The notes beneath the pieces are model-generated. The model did not search any database. It saw only the letters and a program-made list of their open reading frames with translations, and was not told the DNA's origin. Both the position numbers and the translations under genes were made by a program. Shown in pieces: positions 27,945 to 37,064 of a stretch of 64,000 nucleotides of DNA (position 1 is the stretch's first letter; the number at the start of each line of letters is the position of its first letter). Source of the stretch: a virus (lineage: Duplodnaviria; Caudoviricetes); IMG/VR virus record IMGVR_UViG_2788500220_000014, positions 1-64,000 of that record, one strand, 5' to 3'.

Positions 27945-28150
27945 TCTACTATATCCACACTGTCACGTCTCACCCCGGGGACTACAGCGTTATCATATCC
28001 CCGGAGCACTGTAAGGTGGATGCCTACGGTATCGATAACAAGCCCATATGCCGGCGGTTGGTTCGTCTTACCCCAATGTTTAAATGGAAGCCTGACGAAA
28101 TGGCCGATGACTGGCTTAACGCGTTTCTTATCTCGAGGTGGGGGCATCAT
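27941..28150 (-). CDS. Small SH3-like protein
   Basis: PVIGHFVRL...YGLVID. Confidence 0.55.
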   Translation of the reverse strand: MMPPPRDKKRVKPVIGHFVRLPFKHWGKTNQPPAYGLVIDTVGIHLTVLRGYDNAVVPGVRRDSVDIVE

Positions 28151-28317
28151 GTGGATTATTGAGTCCTCGTTTTTCTTTGAGTTCGAATACTAGCTTTAAA
28201 GCATCTGCCATACAGTCGACAGCACATAACATGCCATCCCCAAGTACATACCATCCATCTTTTCGTCTCTCTGCTCGAATTGGCCCGGAGGTATCGAATG
28301 TCATTCCATCATTGAAC

Positions 28318-28590
28318 TTAAGCAACGGCACTTTTATCTCCTGCCATTTGTTCTGATTGTACCTTGCGCCATCCACCTTGACGGGAGCGAATTCGGCGTT
28401 TAAGCCCTTGATTATCACCATTCATATATACAATATCATATGCTGAACAATAGATGCCGGCTAGGTCACCCATACCATTGGCTTCCATCTCATAATCCTG
28501 TGCTTCCATGAAGCGATGAGTGTAAGGTCCTCGAAGAACTGTTGCGAAACTCCCTTGACCGTTATTGATTAAATCACCTACTTTGAACAT
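28318..28590 (-). CDS. Small SH3-like protein (MFKVGDLI)
   Basis: AAGGA RBS; family motif. Confidence 0.7.
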   Translation of the reverse strand: MFKVGDLINNGQGSFATVLRGPYTHRFMEAQDYEMEANGMGDLAGIYCSAYDIVYMNGDNQGLKRRIRSRQGGWRKVQSEQMAGDKSAVA

Positions 28591-28739
28591 TGTGTCTTTC
28601 CTTTAGCTGTACAGCTGTTTTGATTTTGAAAATGGCTCGAGATATTTCGAGAAGATTTTGAGTTTTTCTTTTTCCTACTCGCCCCGGAAACGGAAACGGT
28701 TTTGAAATTGACTCGAGAAAAAAAATACATGCGCTTAGC

Positions 28740-28880
28740 CACCGCTGCCCCGGGGCCGCCCCGGATAGTATGCAAGGGGGCCCGAAAAGGGGGCCCGAGA
28801 GCCGCTTGTAGGGGGCCTCGAAAGGGGGCCCTTGGGTGCTGCCTACTGGGCCCCTCTAAAGGGGGCCCTTCTGGGCTGTC
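28740..28880. repeat. GC-rich tract of repeated GGGG(G)CCC elements and palindromes next to a T/A-tract region
   Basis: cggggccgccccg, ggggcccgaaaagggggcccg, gggggcctcgaaagggggccc, gggcccctctaaagggggccc. Confidence 0.75.
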
Positions 28881-28891
28881 CTGGGTCACTG

Positions 28892-29083
28892 TCACACGCC
28901 GCTACCTCCCCCACGCTCAAACAGCACTGCCAGTAGCACGAGCAGTACCGTAGCTGGCCAGGCCAGAGATCCGATAACTGCTTGGCGTCGCGTGACGGGT
29001 GGCTCGGCGTGTTTGATAAGCTGCCATGTAAGCGCCGTCATTCCGAGCCATCCGAGTCCTGCTAGTGTCAAGTTGAATATCAT
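28892..29083 (-). CDS. Small two-TM membrane protein
   Basis: GAGG RBS directly downstream of promoter 29104-29134; two hydrophobic helices. Confidence 0.65.
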   Translation of the reverse strand: MIFNLTLAGLGWLGMTALTWQLIKHAEPPVTRRQAVIGSLAWPATVLLVLLAVLFERGGGSGV

Positions 29084-29103
29084 TGGTTCCTCAATATAGT
29101 ACT

Positions 29104-29134
29104 ATTATACCATATGTCATGCTGTTTTGCACGA
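29104..29134 (-). promoter_or_regulatory. Early-type promoter TCGTGCAA-17bp-TATAAT
   Basis: GTGCAA aacagcatgacatatgg TATAAT; one of ten copies. Confidence 0.85.
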
Positions 29135-29151
29135 GGCTGTAACATTTATTT

Positions 29152-29367
29152 TTACCTGCCCCACCTGCGATAGTACTTGTCGTTCTCAGCTTGTACCTTC
29201 TTACGGGCATCGCCATATACGCGCCGCATAGCAGCTAGGTCACGGGCTTCTTCGCGCTTACGCTTCCTGACGTCATATGCTATATACACAAAAGCAACCA
29301 CGCCACCTATCAGCATATTGATCGCTGTGATTGCCATTAGGTCTCCCCATTGGATTGTCTCTAACAT
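29152..29367 (-). CDS. Single-TM protein (MLETIQWGDL...)
   Basis: AAAGGAG RBS before the internal ATG; TM helix then basic tail. Confidence 0.6.
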   Translation of the reverse strand: MLETIQWGDLMAITAINMLIGGVVAFVYIAYDVRKRKREEARDLAAMRRVYGDARKKVQAENDKYYRRWGR

Positions 29368-29378
29368 ATTTTCTCCTT

Positions 29379-29651
29379 TTAGCCGGCGTTGAATTCTTCC
29401 GGCAATTCGAAGGGGTCGACCACATGCCGCACGTCCTTCAGTGTTCGTCGTTGATATGTGTGTGACCAATCAGCATGTGACCCGGGTACTAGTGCAACCA
29501 GACTTTCACCTGGCTGCGCATGTTTAGAACATACTGAGCTATAAGCTTCATCTCTATTTGGAGAGGCGTTGATGTTCACGACACGCGCGGGGGAAGAGCT
29601 AACTTCCGATACAAAAACTGCTGTGTACATTTTGATTGGGCTCATAATCAT
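29379..29651 (-). CDS. Hypothetical protein
   Basis: ORF in the early block. Confidence 0.55.
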   Translation of the reverse strand: MIMSPIKMYTAVFVSEVSSSPARVVNINASPNRDEAYSSVCSKHAQPGESLVALVPGSHADWSHTYQRRTLKDVRHVVDPFELPEEFNAG

Positions 29652-29740
29652 ATTCTCAATTCATGAAGTACTTGAAGTAAATTGTAAAAACTCAATCGTT
29701 ACTTCGCGACTTTTCCTTCCCTTGGTCCAGGACAAAAGGT

Positions 29741-29775
29741 GGCGGGTGGGACCGACCAAGGAAACCCCACCCGCC
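29741..29775 (-). terminator. 10-bp GC hairpin (terminator/processing-like) after the RadA-like gene, loop GUUUCCUUGGUCGGU
   Basis: GGCGGGTGGG / CCCACCCGCC perfect stem, followed by ACCTTTTG on the minus strand. Confidence 0.65.
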
Positions 29776-29805
29776 GGCGATTCGAACGAATCACCATAAG
29801 GTGAC

Positions 29806-30555
29806 TTAGGCTGCGCTAACTCGAGCAACCTCCTTGAATCCGCGATTGTTCAGAGCCAGGAAGAAGGTGTGGCCACAGCCACCGAACCGGTTCTTCGTAG
29901 TCTGGAGGACTCGGCAACCTTCAAGGTCCTTGTCCTTCGTCTCAACGGAAAGGTGCATCATGGCGTCAACCATGTGCTTAAGCTTATTACTTCCGGAAGC
30001 CTGGCCAGACTTGCTGACCTGTCCGATGACAACCGCGTTGCAGTAATGCTCCTTGCAGTAGTCAGTGATCATTGCCAAGGCACGCTCAGCAGACCGGGAG
30101 TTGATGTGACCGTCATTGTACTTACCATCATCCATACACTGGAGGGAGTCGACAATCAGGAAGAAAGGCTTACCAGGATTCTTCTTTCGAAGAGCATCAC
30201 ACTTCTTGAGGAGCGTAGGAACATGAGTTTCCTGACCCACCTTGAACCCGCCCTTGAGGCGAAGACGTTCAACAACCAGCTTGACCTGATAGAGGCTTTC
30301 CTCTGCAGTGTTAAACACCGCGGTAGCACCCTGACGGGTGAGGGCATTAGCCAGGGAGAGCATCATGGTCGTCTTACCTGAACCAGGCTCACCGGTGAAG
30401 AAGGTAACTGCGGACGGGGTAAATCCCTCACCGCCCAGGGCACAATCGACGTAGTCGAGGCCGGACTTTACCTTATTACGTAGCTGCTTCGGGACGTCAA
30501 TGTCCAGAATGTTGGCGCCGAAATCGATGTCGTTTGTAGTAACTTTGAGCTTCAT
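29806..30555 (-). CDS. RadA/Sms-like RecA-fold ATPase (ATPase domain only)
   Basis: GEPGSGKT, AEES, IVDSLQ, HMVDA and the KNRFG RadA motif; no N-terminal Zn finger or Lon-like C-terminal domain. Confidence 0.85.
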   Translation of the reverse strand: MKLKVTTNDIDFGANILDIDVPKQLRNKVKSGLDYVDCALGGEGFTPSAVTFFTGEPGSGKTTMMLSLANALTRQGATAVFNTAEESLYQVKLVVERLRLKGGFKVGQETHVPTLLKKCDALRKKNPGKPFFLIVDSLQCMDDGKYNDGHINSRSAERALAMITDYCKEHYCNAVVIGQVSKSGQASGSNKLKHMVDAMMHLSVETKDKDLEGCRVLQTTKNRFGGCGHTFFLALNNRGFKEVARVSAA

Positions 30556-30614
30556 TTTTTCTTCCTTGGTCAGGTTTAGGAGTTGGGAACCATTCCCCCC
30601 TTCCTTATGTATCC

Positions 30615-30645
30615 ATTATACAATATTGTGGCAGATTTTGCACGA
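30615..30645 (-). promoter_or_regulatory. Early-type promoter
   Basis: GTGCAA aatctgccacaatattg TATAAT. Confidence 0.85.
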
Positions 30646-30671
30646 ACTTGCATGTCGAATAGTCATTTTTT

Positions 30672-30920
30672 TTACTTTTTTTGTGCTTTATTTAGGGCAC
30701 CCATGATGGCCAGGGAGATGTTAGAGGCCTCAGGAGATGCAGTCTTGGGGGTAGGGTTAGCCATAAGCTGTACCGATCCCGTCCCTGGATCCATGTCTAG
30801 ATGACCTGACCAGTACCCCTCGATGACTACCTGGTAGATAAATCCAGGATTATTGGGGTCTAGACCTCGTGTTTTTAGCTCAGCCTGGACCCATTGATTT
30901 GCTTTAGGTGTCAACTTCAT
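30672..30920 (-). CDS. Hypothetical protein
   Basis: ATGA overlap with the vWA gene. Confidence 0.6.
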   Translation of the reverse strand: MKLTPKANQWVQAELKTRGLDPNNPGFIYQVVIEGYWSGHLDMDPGTGSVQLMANPTPKTASPEASNISLAIMGALNKAQKK

Positions 30921-32308
30921 GCTGCCTTCTTCCCCTTCATCTGAATGAGGAAGTCCCGCTTCGAAGCTTCGAAGTAGAGCTTCCGGTCAGGGGTAATTAC
31001 CCATCCTCGCTTAAGGATCGAAGGACCCGGGTCACAACACTCACCATCAGTGAGGATCAAGTACCCATCAAACCGATGACGATTCTTATTTGCATGTACC
31101 GTTGCAGCCCTAAAATCAGTACCACCATAGCGAGTACGTTCCATTCCAGGTGCCCGATTCCGTCCCCACTCCCGCTCGGAGCTTTCATCAACCTCTGTAT
31201 CAAAGTTAAAGATGGTGAACTTCGTCTTCTTGGCCAACTGCTTAAGCTCACCAAAGAGAAGGGAGAGATCCTCATCACTAACCGATCCACTCTGATCGAT
31301 GTATACTGCGATTGAAGAGGTGTAGCCCTTTTGAAACCCGGGATGTACACCAGGATACTTGCGGTGGATCCGCCGGACGTTGCTAGCGCGGTTGGCGCGC
31401 CGGGTCATTCCGCAGAACTTCTTAAGGACTGACTGCCAGGGAATCTCCTTGGAAATCAACTCTCGAATCATTGACTGGCCAGAAGCACCAACCGAACCCC
31501 ATTGGCCGGACTGGTCACACTTCTTAACAGCATCTTCAACTGCCTGCTTGACCTTGCCCTTAATAAGCTCACGATCCTCATCGGAAAGCTCATCCCAACC
31601 ATCATGGCTATCCATGGTACCTGGCAATCCAGGAGCCGGTTGTCCCTGACCAGGTTGACCAGGTTGACCATCACCAGGCTGACCCTCACCCTCACCGTCA
31701 CCAGGCTGACCTGGTGCAGGGGCAGGATTAGTCAATGCTTCCTGAACTTCATCATCAGCCATCAACTCGGCGAAATACCATTCGGCTGACTTTTCCTTGG
31801 GGAAGGATGCAATCTTTGCAGAGACTGTCTCAAACTGCTTGACCCTATCCGGTCCCATTGCGATCTTATCAGCCTCGCTCAGAGCCTTGAACTCCTTACC
31901 AGGTACCAAGCCACCCTCAGGCAACTCTTCCTCTGGAATCAGGCTGTTGATTGCAAGGTCAGTAGCGTAGTTCCAGACCAGGTGAGGCTCGTGGCGTCGT
32001 GTCGTGGTGTGTTCGAACACCAGGTGGTAACACTCATGCTTAAGGAGACCCTTAATGTGCTTCGAAGGGAGCGCAGCAACAAAACGTGGGTTGTACCACA
32101 TCTTGATATCACCGTCCTTGGCCAGGACACCGGCAGTGGGAATCGACTCCGACCGTACCTTGGTGATCTGACGAAGGATGTGGCTAAAGAATGGCTCCTC
32201 CCAAAGAAGATTAATCAGATGGGGATCAAGCTCAAATGCCTTAGCGGCAGCCTCAGAGGCGCGCTGCGTGTGGGCAAGTTCCGTGGATGTGGTGTCGTTT
32301 TTAGCCAT
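30917..32308 (-). CDS. vWA domain-containing metallopeptidase-like protein (DUF2201 type)
   Basis: HECYH (HExxH), WNYATDLAIN, G/Q/P linker, IDQSGS MIDAS, GGTDF, LTDG. Start placed at ATG 32308, downstream of promoter 32336-32366. Confidence 0.88.
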   Translation of the reverse strand: MAKNDTTSTELAHTQRASEAAAKAFELDPHLINLLWEEPFFSHILRQITKVRSESIPTAGVLAKDGDIKMWYNPRFVAALPSKHIKGLLKHECYHLVFEHTTTRRHEPHLVWNYATDLAINSLIPEEELPEGGLVPGKEFKALSEADKIAMGPDRVKQFETVSAKIASFPKEKSAEWYFAELMADDEVQEALTNPAPAPGQPGDGEGEGQPGDGQPGQPGQGQPAPGLPGTMDSHDGWDELSDEDRELIKGKVKQAVEDAVKKCDQSGQWGSVGASGQSMIRELISKEIPWQSVLKKFCGMTRRANRASNVRRIHRKYPGVHPGFQKGYTSSIAVYIDQSGSVSDEDLSLLFGELKQLAKKTKFTIFNFDTEVDESSEREWGRNRAPGMERTRYGGTDFRAATVHANKNRHRFDGYLILTDGECCDPGPSILKRGWVITPDRKLYFEASKRDFLIQMKGKKAA

Positions 32309-32335
32309 GGCCATTCCTTCCTTCCTTATAGTACT

Positions 32336-32366
32336 ATTATACCCTATAGAGGCGGATTTTGCACGA
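32336..32366 (-). promoter_or_regulatory. Early-type promoter
   Basis: GTGCAA aatccgcctctataggg TATAAT. Confidence 0.85.
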
Positions 32367-32434
32367 ACTTGCATAACATTATTAATTATTTTGTATCGTC
32401 CTAAGCCCTTGATATTATTAAGGTTTTTAGGCAA

Positions 32435-32710
32435 TTAAATAGCCTGCAACATGCTCAATGGGACGTCCCAATTCTGACCATGTCCGACACTACAAATAGC
32501 CTTTTTTCGTTTAACCCGTACGATGACGCCCTCCGTGTAACCATTCCGGCCAGTCCAGGATACCTTATCACCGGCATGTAGCGTACGACGCTTGACTGCA
32601 GATTGTCTATCTCGGATTGACCTGAGGTGTTCAAGCACTGATCCATTAAGATCACGTAGCTGTCGGTCATCAAGGGTGTGGAGGTTGTTAATCATATCTG
32701 TGAGTGTCAT
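32435..32710 (-). CDS. Small protein with C-terminal SH3/KOW-like module (LHAGDKVSW)
   Basis: GAGGA RBS; GDKV...GVIVRV...WDVP. Confidence 0.75.
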   Translation of the reverse strand: MTLTDMINNLHTLDDRQLRDLNGSVLEHLRSIRDRQSAVKRRTLHAGDKVSWTGRNGYTEGVIVRVKRKKAICSVGHGQNWDVPLSMLQAI

Positions 32711-32757
32711 CTTGTCCTCGATCTAGTTAGCCAGGATGATCCCCAACCAACATGTAT

Positions 32758-32788
32758 ATTATACAATAGAGTTCGTAACTTTACACGA
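32758..32788 (-). promoter_or_regulatory. Early-type promoter
   Basis: GTGTAA agttacgaactctattg TATAAT. Confidence 0.85.
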
Positions 32789-33133
32789 ATTAGCTAAAGA
32801 AACCACCATAATATAGCAAGCCAATCATTAGTGGCAAATCTATAAATAGTGTAAGGGGTGCATTGTAATTGCCTTTCGGCTCACCGTGCTTAAGCAATGC
32901 TGCTGTAGTGTTAAAGGCTATAAGACAAATCATAATGATCTGGGGAATTCCCATTTTCTTCTCCTAGTAATGTCTATCGTTTTCAATTTTCATACCATGA
33001 TACACACCTAATGCATATGCCATGGCTACAAATAATAGGCCTATAATAACTGCTAGCATTTCCTTTCCTGAAATGCGAGGGGCGAACCTTAGCCAGCATT
33101 ACCTGTTACTAAGGCTGCACCCTCCTGGGTTCT

Positions 33134-34216
33134 TTAAACGTTTCGGCTAGCCTGAACTGCCTTGACGATAGTCTGACCAATCAGCTTGTGGATCTTCTGG
33201 ATGTTCGGCAACTTCTGGGTAGCCGAAATGGCATTCCAAAGGGAGACCATCATTTCACCAGGAAGACTCTCAGCGAAGGCAGCCACGTTCTTAGCCTGGC
33301 TAGCTGTCCACTCGTTATCTGTACAGTGGTTGGCCAACTTTTCAATCACCGCGTTGAGGCGATCGTTGGTCAGCTCCTTGACACGACCCTTAATGGAACC
33401 GTAGCTATCAAGGATGTCCTCGGCACTAACGATTGTCTCATAACCCTCGATGAAGGTAGTAAAGGCGATCGCGGCCTCGGTACCAACAAACCCCATCGCC
33501 GTAGCGTAGAATCCGTCGGCGCGCTTCTGGCCGGCCAGTTCGCTAGGAGCCATACCCATGTGGGTCAGCGAAGTAGCAAGGCGGTGCCATGAAGCGGGGT
33601 TCGGGCAAACCGTACCAGGCTCAACGCTACCAACGTCGACCCGGAGGTGCTGAGGATTCTGGCGGATGAAGTCAACAAGGACGTCATCAACGTTATTCTC
33701 ACCAGCCCAGTTGATCCAATCAGCTGCAGTAGGCTCGAGGTCACAGACCCAAAAGCGGCGAAGAAGTGCCGGGTCCATGTCGTTAACATCATATTCTGAA
33801 CCATGGTTGACAGCAGCAATCACCCGGGTCTGCGGGTGGAGGCGGTAAGGATTACCGTCCTTGTCGTTGCCAAGCTCTCGGTCCAGGACCAACTGGAAGA
33901 AAGACTGTTGGACGCCGGGGAGGGAGCGGTTAAGCTCATCCAGCATCAAAACAACAGGCTCTCGGCATGCCCGGATAAACCAGGATGGCATGCAGAAAGT
34001 CATGACACCATTTTCCTTCATACCCTCAAGATCAGGGTAACCACCAACATCACCTTCGGACATGGTAGAACCACGTACGTCGATAAAGGGCAGTCCAACG
34101 CTGTCCGCGACCTGCTTTCCGAGGAAAGACTTACCGACTCCGGTCGGTCCCCGCATGAGGATCGCGATGTCCGCGGGGAGGTTCGGGGCTACGATATTGA
34201 AAGTTTTGATGTCCAT
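33134..34216 (-). CDS. MoxR-type AAA+ ATPase (partner of the vWA protein)
   Basis: GPTGVGKS, LMLDELNR, AAVN, MDPALLRRF, NPASW. Confidence 0.9.
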   Translation of the reverse strand: MDIKTFNIVAPNLPADIAILMRGPTGVGKSFLGKQVADSVGLPFIDVRGSTMSEGDVGGYPDLEGMKENGVMTFCMPSWFIRACREPVVLMLDELNRSLPGVQQSFFQLVLDRELGNDKDGNPYRLHPQTRVIAAVNHGSEYDVNDMDPALLRRFWVCDLEPTAADWINWAGENNVDDVLVDFIRQNPQHLRVDVGSVEPGTVCPNPASWHRLATSLTHMGMAPSELAGQKRADGFYATAMGFVGTEAAIAFTTFIEGYETIVSAEDILDSYGSIKGRVKELTNDRLNAVIEKLANHCTDNEWTASQAKNVAAFAESLPGEMMVSLWNAISATQKLPNIQKIHKLIGQTIVKAVQASRNV

Positions 34217-34273
34217 TTTTTCTCCTTGGTCAAGAGGCTTGGAGGGCTAATCCCCTCCCCAACCTTCATATAT

Positions 34274-34304
34274 ATTATACCCCATGGGGAGGGAATTTGC
34301 ACGA
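34274..34304 (-). promoter_or_regulatory. Early-type promoter
   Basis: GTGCAA attccctccccatgggg TATAAT. Confidence 0.85.
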
Positions 34305-34327
34305 ACTTGCACAATTAATTATGCTTT

Positions 34328-34687
34328 TTAAAGTTCAATTTCTCCACCAAGCTCTTCCTCATCGGAAACGTCTTCCAAGAGGTCAAATGGCTCTTCACCG
34401 GATGGGATTCCCATTTCTGCCGGTACATCAGAGGTGGCGTCAAGTTCAGATTCAAAAGATTCACGTGCTGCAACTCGGGCAGCGTCGCGTGTTTCCTCAC
34501 AGTAGGCTCGAGCCAACTTTCCAACAGAGAATTCTGCAAGAGGATTGCTGAGATCCGCACTGGCCGATACCACCCAGGCAGCGCCACGGGTTGGTGCACT
34601 ACGACCGAAGAATAGCTTCCCAACCTTATACGGCTTCTTGTGGGTACGCTTAAGACCTGCAGTGTTTTCGTTACTTTGTTCAATCAT
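34328..34687 (-). CDS. Hypothetical protein with acidic C-terminal tail
   Basis: AAGGA RBS; tail DLLEDVSDEEELGGEIEL. Confidence 0.6.
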   Translation of the reverse strand: MIEQSNENTAGLKRTHKKPYKVGKLFFGRSAPTRGAAWVVSASADLSNPLAEFSVGKLARAYCEETRDAARVAARESFESELDATSDVPAEMGIPSGEEPFDLLEDVSDEEELGGEIEL

Positions 34688-34750
34688 TTTCTTTCCTTTT
34701 CCTTAGTGTGTATGTAGGCCAGAACCATTCCAGCCTCAACCTTTAGATAG

Positions 34751-34781
34751 ATTATATCCTGCCTCGACCAATTTTACACGA
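34751..34781 (-). promoter_or_regulatory. Early-type promoter
   Basis: GTGTAA aattggtcgaggcagga TATAAT. Confidence 0.85.
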
Positions 34782-34821
34782 AGATTAAGCACTCGATGTA
34801 CTTTTTTCTAAGTGGTTGATT

Positions 34822-35022
34822 TCATTGGACTTTTTTAAGTCCTGACAAGCTACTTGGATCTGCAATGATCGATGATCCTTGGGCCAGGCGTACATCGACG
34901 CTGTCAACAGCAATAAATTCGATGACCCCGGTAATCAAAGATCCTTCCGGATCCAGCCGGAATTCTACTTCATCTCCGGCCTTTAAGTCCTTAATATCAT
35001 TATGCTTTTCTTTATTCCTCAT
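34822..35022 (-). CDS. Small SH3-like protein (LKAGDEVEF)
   Basis: Family motif. Confidence 0.65.
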   Translation of the reverse strand: MRNKEKHNDIKDLKAGDEVEFRLDPEGSLITGVIEFIAVDSVDVRLAQGSSIIADPSSLSGLKKVQ

Positions 35023-35574
35023 CTATTCCTCAGTGGTGTTGCGGAGCGCCTTTGCTGGAACTCCCTTTATAACGTCCGGTCCAACCATGACGTCGACAAC
35101 CCACTTGTTCGATGTCTGATATGTTTCGGAAATGATCATAACAATTTCACCCTTACGCAGCCCTCGAGGCGCGCCGTACGATCCCATCTCCCATCTGGAA
35201 ATTTCCCGGGATACCTTGGCCAGTCCGGCCTCCAGCACTTGGGCAAATTGCATCTTCTTACCAGATGCACCAGGCACCATGGCTCGTCCACCCTGAGCCC
35301 ACTGAATTGTACGTCGGTGGGTACCGGTAGCCTCAACCTTTGCCTTTCGGAGTTCAGCCTTCGCAGCGAGCTTTTCTGAACGCTTCTTTTCGGCGATATC
35401 AAACATATCGCGGAGCTCATCGATCTGAGCTAGCAATTCATTTACCTTATCAAAGTCATCATTAGCAGCTGCTTCATTCTTGAGCTCATGAAGTGCTTCA
35501 ATCTCATCATTAAGCTTTGCGTTACGTGCGAGTAGCGCCTTTTTGAGAGTTGACTTGCTTGGTCTGCGGGCCAT
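35023..35574 (-). CDS. Coiled-coil protein with C-terminal beta module
   Basis: AAGGAG RBS downstream of promoter. Confidence 0.75.
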   Translation of the reverse strand: MARRPSKSTLKKALLARNAKLNDEIEALHELKNEAAANDDFDKVNELLAQIDELRDMFDIAEKKRSEKLAAKAELRKAKVEATGTHRRTIQWAQGGRAMVPGASGKKMQFAQVLEAGLAKVSREISRWEMGSYGAPRGLRKGEIVMIISETYQTSNKWVVDVMVGPDVIKGVPAKALRNTTEE

Positions 35575-35597
35575 GTTTTCTCCTTGAATATGTATAT

Positions 35598-35628
35598 ATT
35601 ATACCACATCATCTAGGTATTTGCACGA
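35598..35628 (-). promoter_or_regulatory. Early-type promoter
   Basis: GTGCAA atacctagatgatgtgg TATAAT. Confidence 0.85.
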
Positions 35629-35636
35629 AAGAGATC

Positions 35637-35668
35637 AAAAAAAAGAAGGCGACCCGAAGGCCGCCCTC
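35637..35668 (-). terminator. Intrinsic terminator with UUCG loop
   Basis: GGGCGGCC TTCG GGTCGCCT followed by a T-run. Confidence 0.85.
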
Positions 35669-36438
35669 TAAGCTATTAATATTATTACCATATTAGGTTA
35701 CTAACCGGTCCCGTTGCATACGCGGAATTCACCTGCCTATAATATATGCGGATACCCCGATCATCACATCGGCAACGAAGGTCTCCTGTCTCGCTTAACC
35801 TTAATTCATATTTCTCATTTCCTTCAACACGTCCTCCCGGTGAGTCGCCGTTCGGATAGGACAGTAACATCTGATCGGAACGAAGTGATGTTCCCTCTGA
35901 TCTTATCCTACCTATTTGAAGTATACCAGCTTATTTTGCGGTGTACATGCAAAAATAATTTTATCTCACTGTCCGAGCAATCCGTTAAGCGCATGGACCA
36001 CCATCAGGAACACAGCCAGGCATAGACCTAACCACACCAATAATACTATAGTCGTACCCTTCATGAGCCTACCAGAGCCATTCATCCCATGCGTATAGAA
36101 ACAGGAACGGGTATATGTACCAAAATATGTGGAGTGGTTTAACACTCCGAGTAGGCGCGCGGGTTAGCACGGATCCCAAGAGCTTTTTATTTTTCATCTT
36201 CATCTTTGCGCTTGTCATCAGGCATGTATGTTACATTTGCCCATATGAATATCCCCCATCCCCCGATTACCAAGATCATTAAGATCAAGTTACCGATTAC
36301 CTCTATAGTTTCGTAACTCATATTGCCAATACTATTATACTGCGGTCGCGAGCCGTGTATAAGAGCTGCCCTCACTTTTTATGGGGGCAGTTTCGGTCTC
36401 GGTGCTCCCTGATCTGCAGTGAGCTTTTTTGGTGGAGC

Positions 36439-36469
36439 GCGTGTAAAACAGGGTAGGGTGTGGTATAAT
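36439..36469 (+). promoter_or_regulatory. Early-type promoter, the only plus-strand copy
   Basis: GTGTAA aacagggtagggtgtgg TATAAT. Confidence 0.8.
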
Positions 36470-36620
36470 AGTACTATATGGTTAAGGAAGCACAGCATAT
36501 GATTCGCGACGGCCCGTAGCTCGGTAGCACTCGGACAGCAGCACCGCTGCGCAACAGCCACTCTCGTGGGTGGGTGGGGCAGTTTGTCACTTTTTGGTGT
36601 ACAGCGGCGCATAGATAGAT

Positions 36621-36643
36621 AAGGGCGAGAGCCCTTTTTTTTT
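36621..36643 (+). terminator. Intrinsic terminator ~150 nt downstream of promoter 36439
   Basis: AAGGGC GAGA GCCCTT followed by a T-run. Confidence 0.8.
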
Positions 36644-37064
36644 CGGCCGAGTTCCGGTACACTGCACTCTAGCATGTATTTCCCCTGTCGCTCACCCACG
36701 CCGATAGTCTGACGAGCCAGTAGGGCAATGGACTTTTGGCCACAACTGACAAAGCAAGAGGGCAGAAGTAACAGTAGCTAACCATCTATCAACCCATTAT
36801 AGATAATTTACATCTTTCTGTTATACTACTAGCACATATAAGCAGTAGGATACTAATAGGAGGTAATGATGTTGTCTATAGAGACTTTGCTATTATTGCT
36901 GATAGGATGTGTGTACGTATGTGGTATGGTATCAGGTTACGGGCTATATATGTTATTGACTTATAAGAATGAGGAGTAGGTGACTTACCTGCTTACTCTT
37001 CTGTTACTTACACACTCTTACTGTTTTTTAGTATTACCCGCCACGGAGCCGATAGTCACACGAG

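Noticed and set aside
28578-28953. ORFs 28578-28895 (-) and 28702-28953 (+)
   Set aside because: They are translations of the GGGGCCC repeat tract (low-complexity G/P/R).
32309-32434. N-terminal extension of the vWA gene given in the ORF track
   Set aside because: It spans the promoter at 32336-32366; the RBS-supported start is downstream.
34315-34683. Overlapping ORF MNKVTKTL... (122 aa)
   Set aside because: It is an alternate frame of 34328-34687, which has the ATG with RBS and a more plausible composition.
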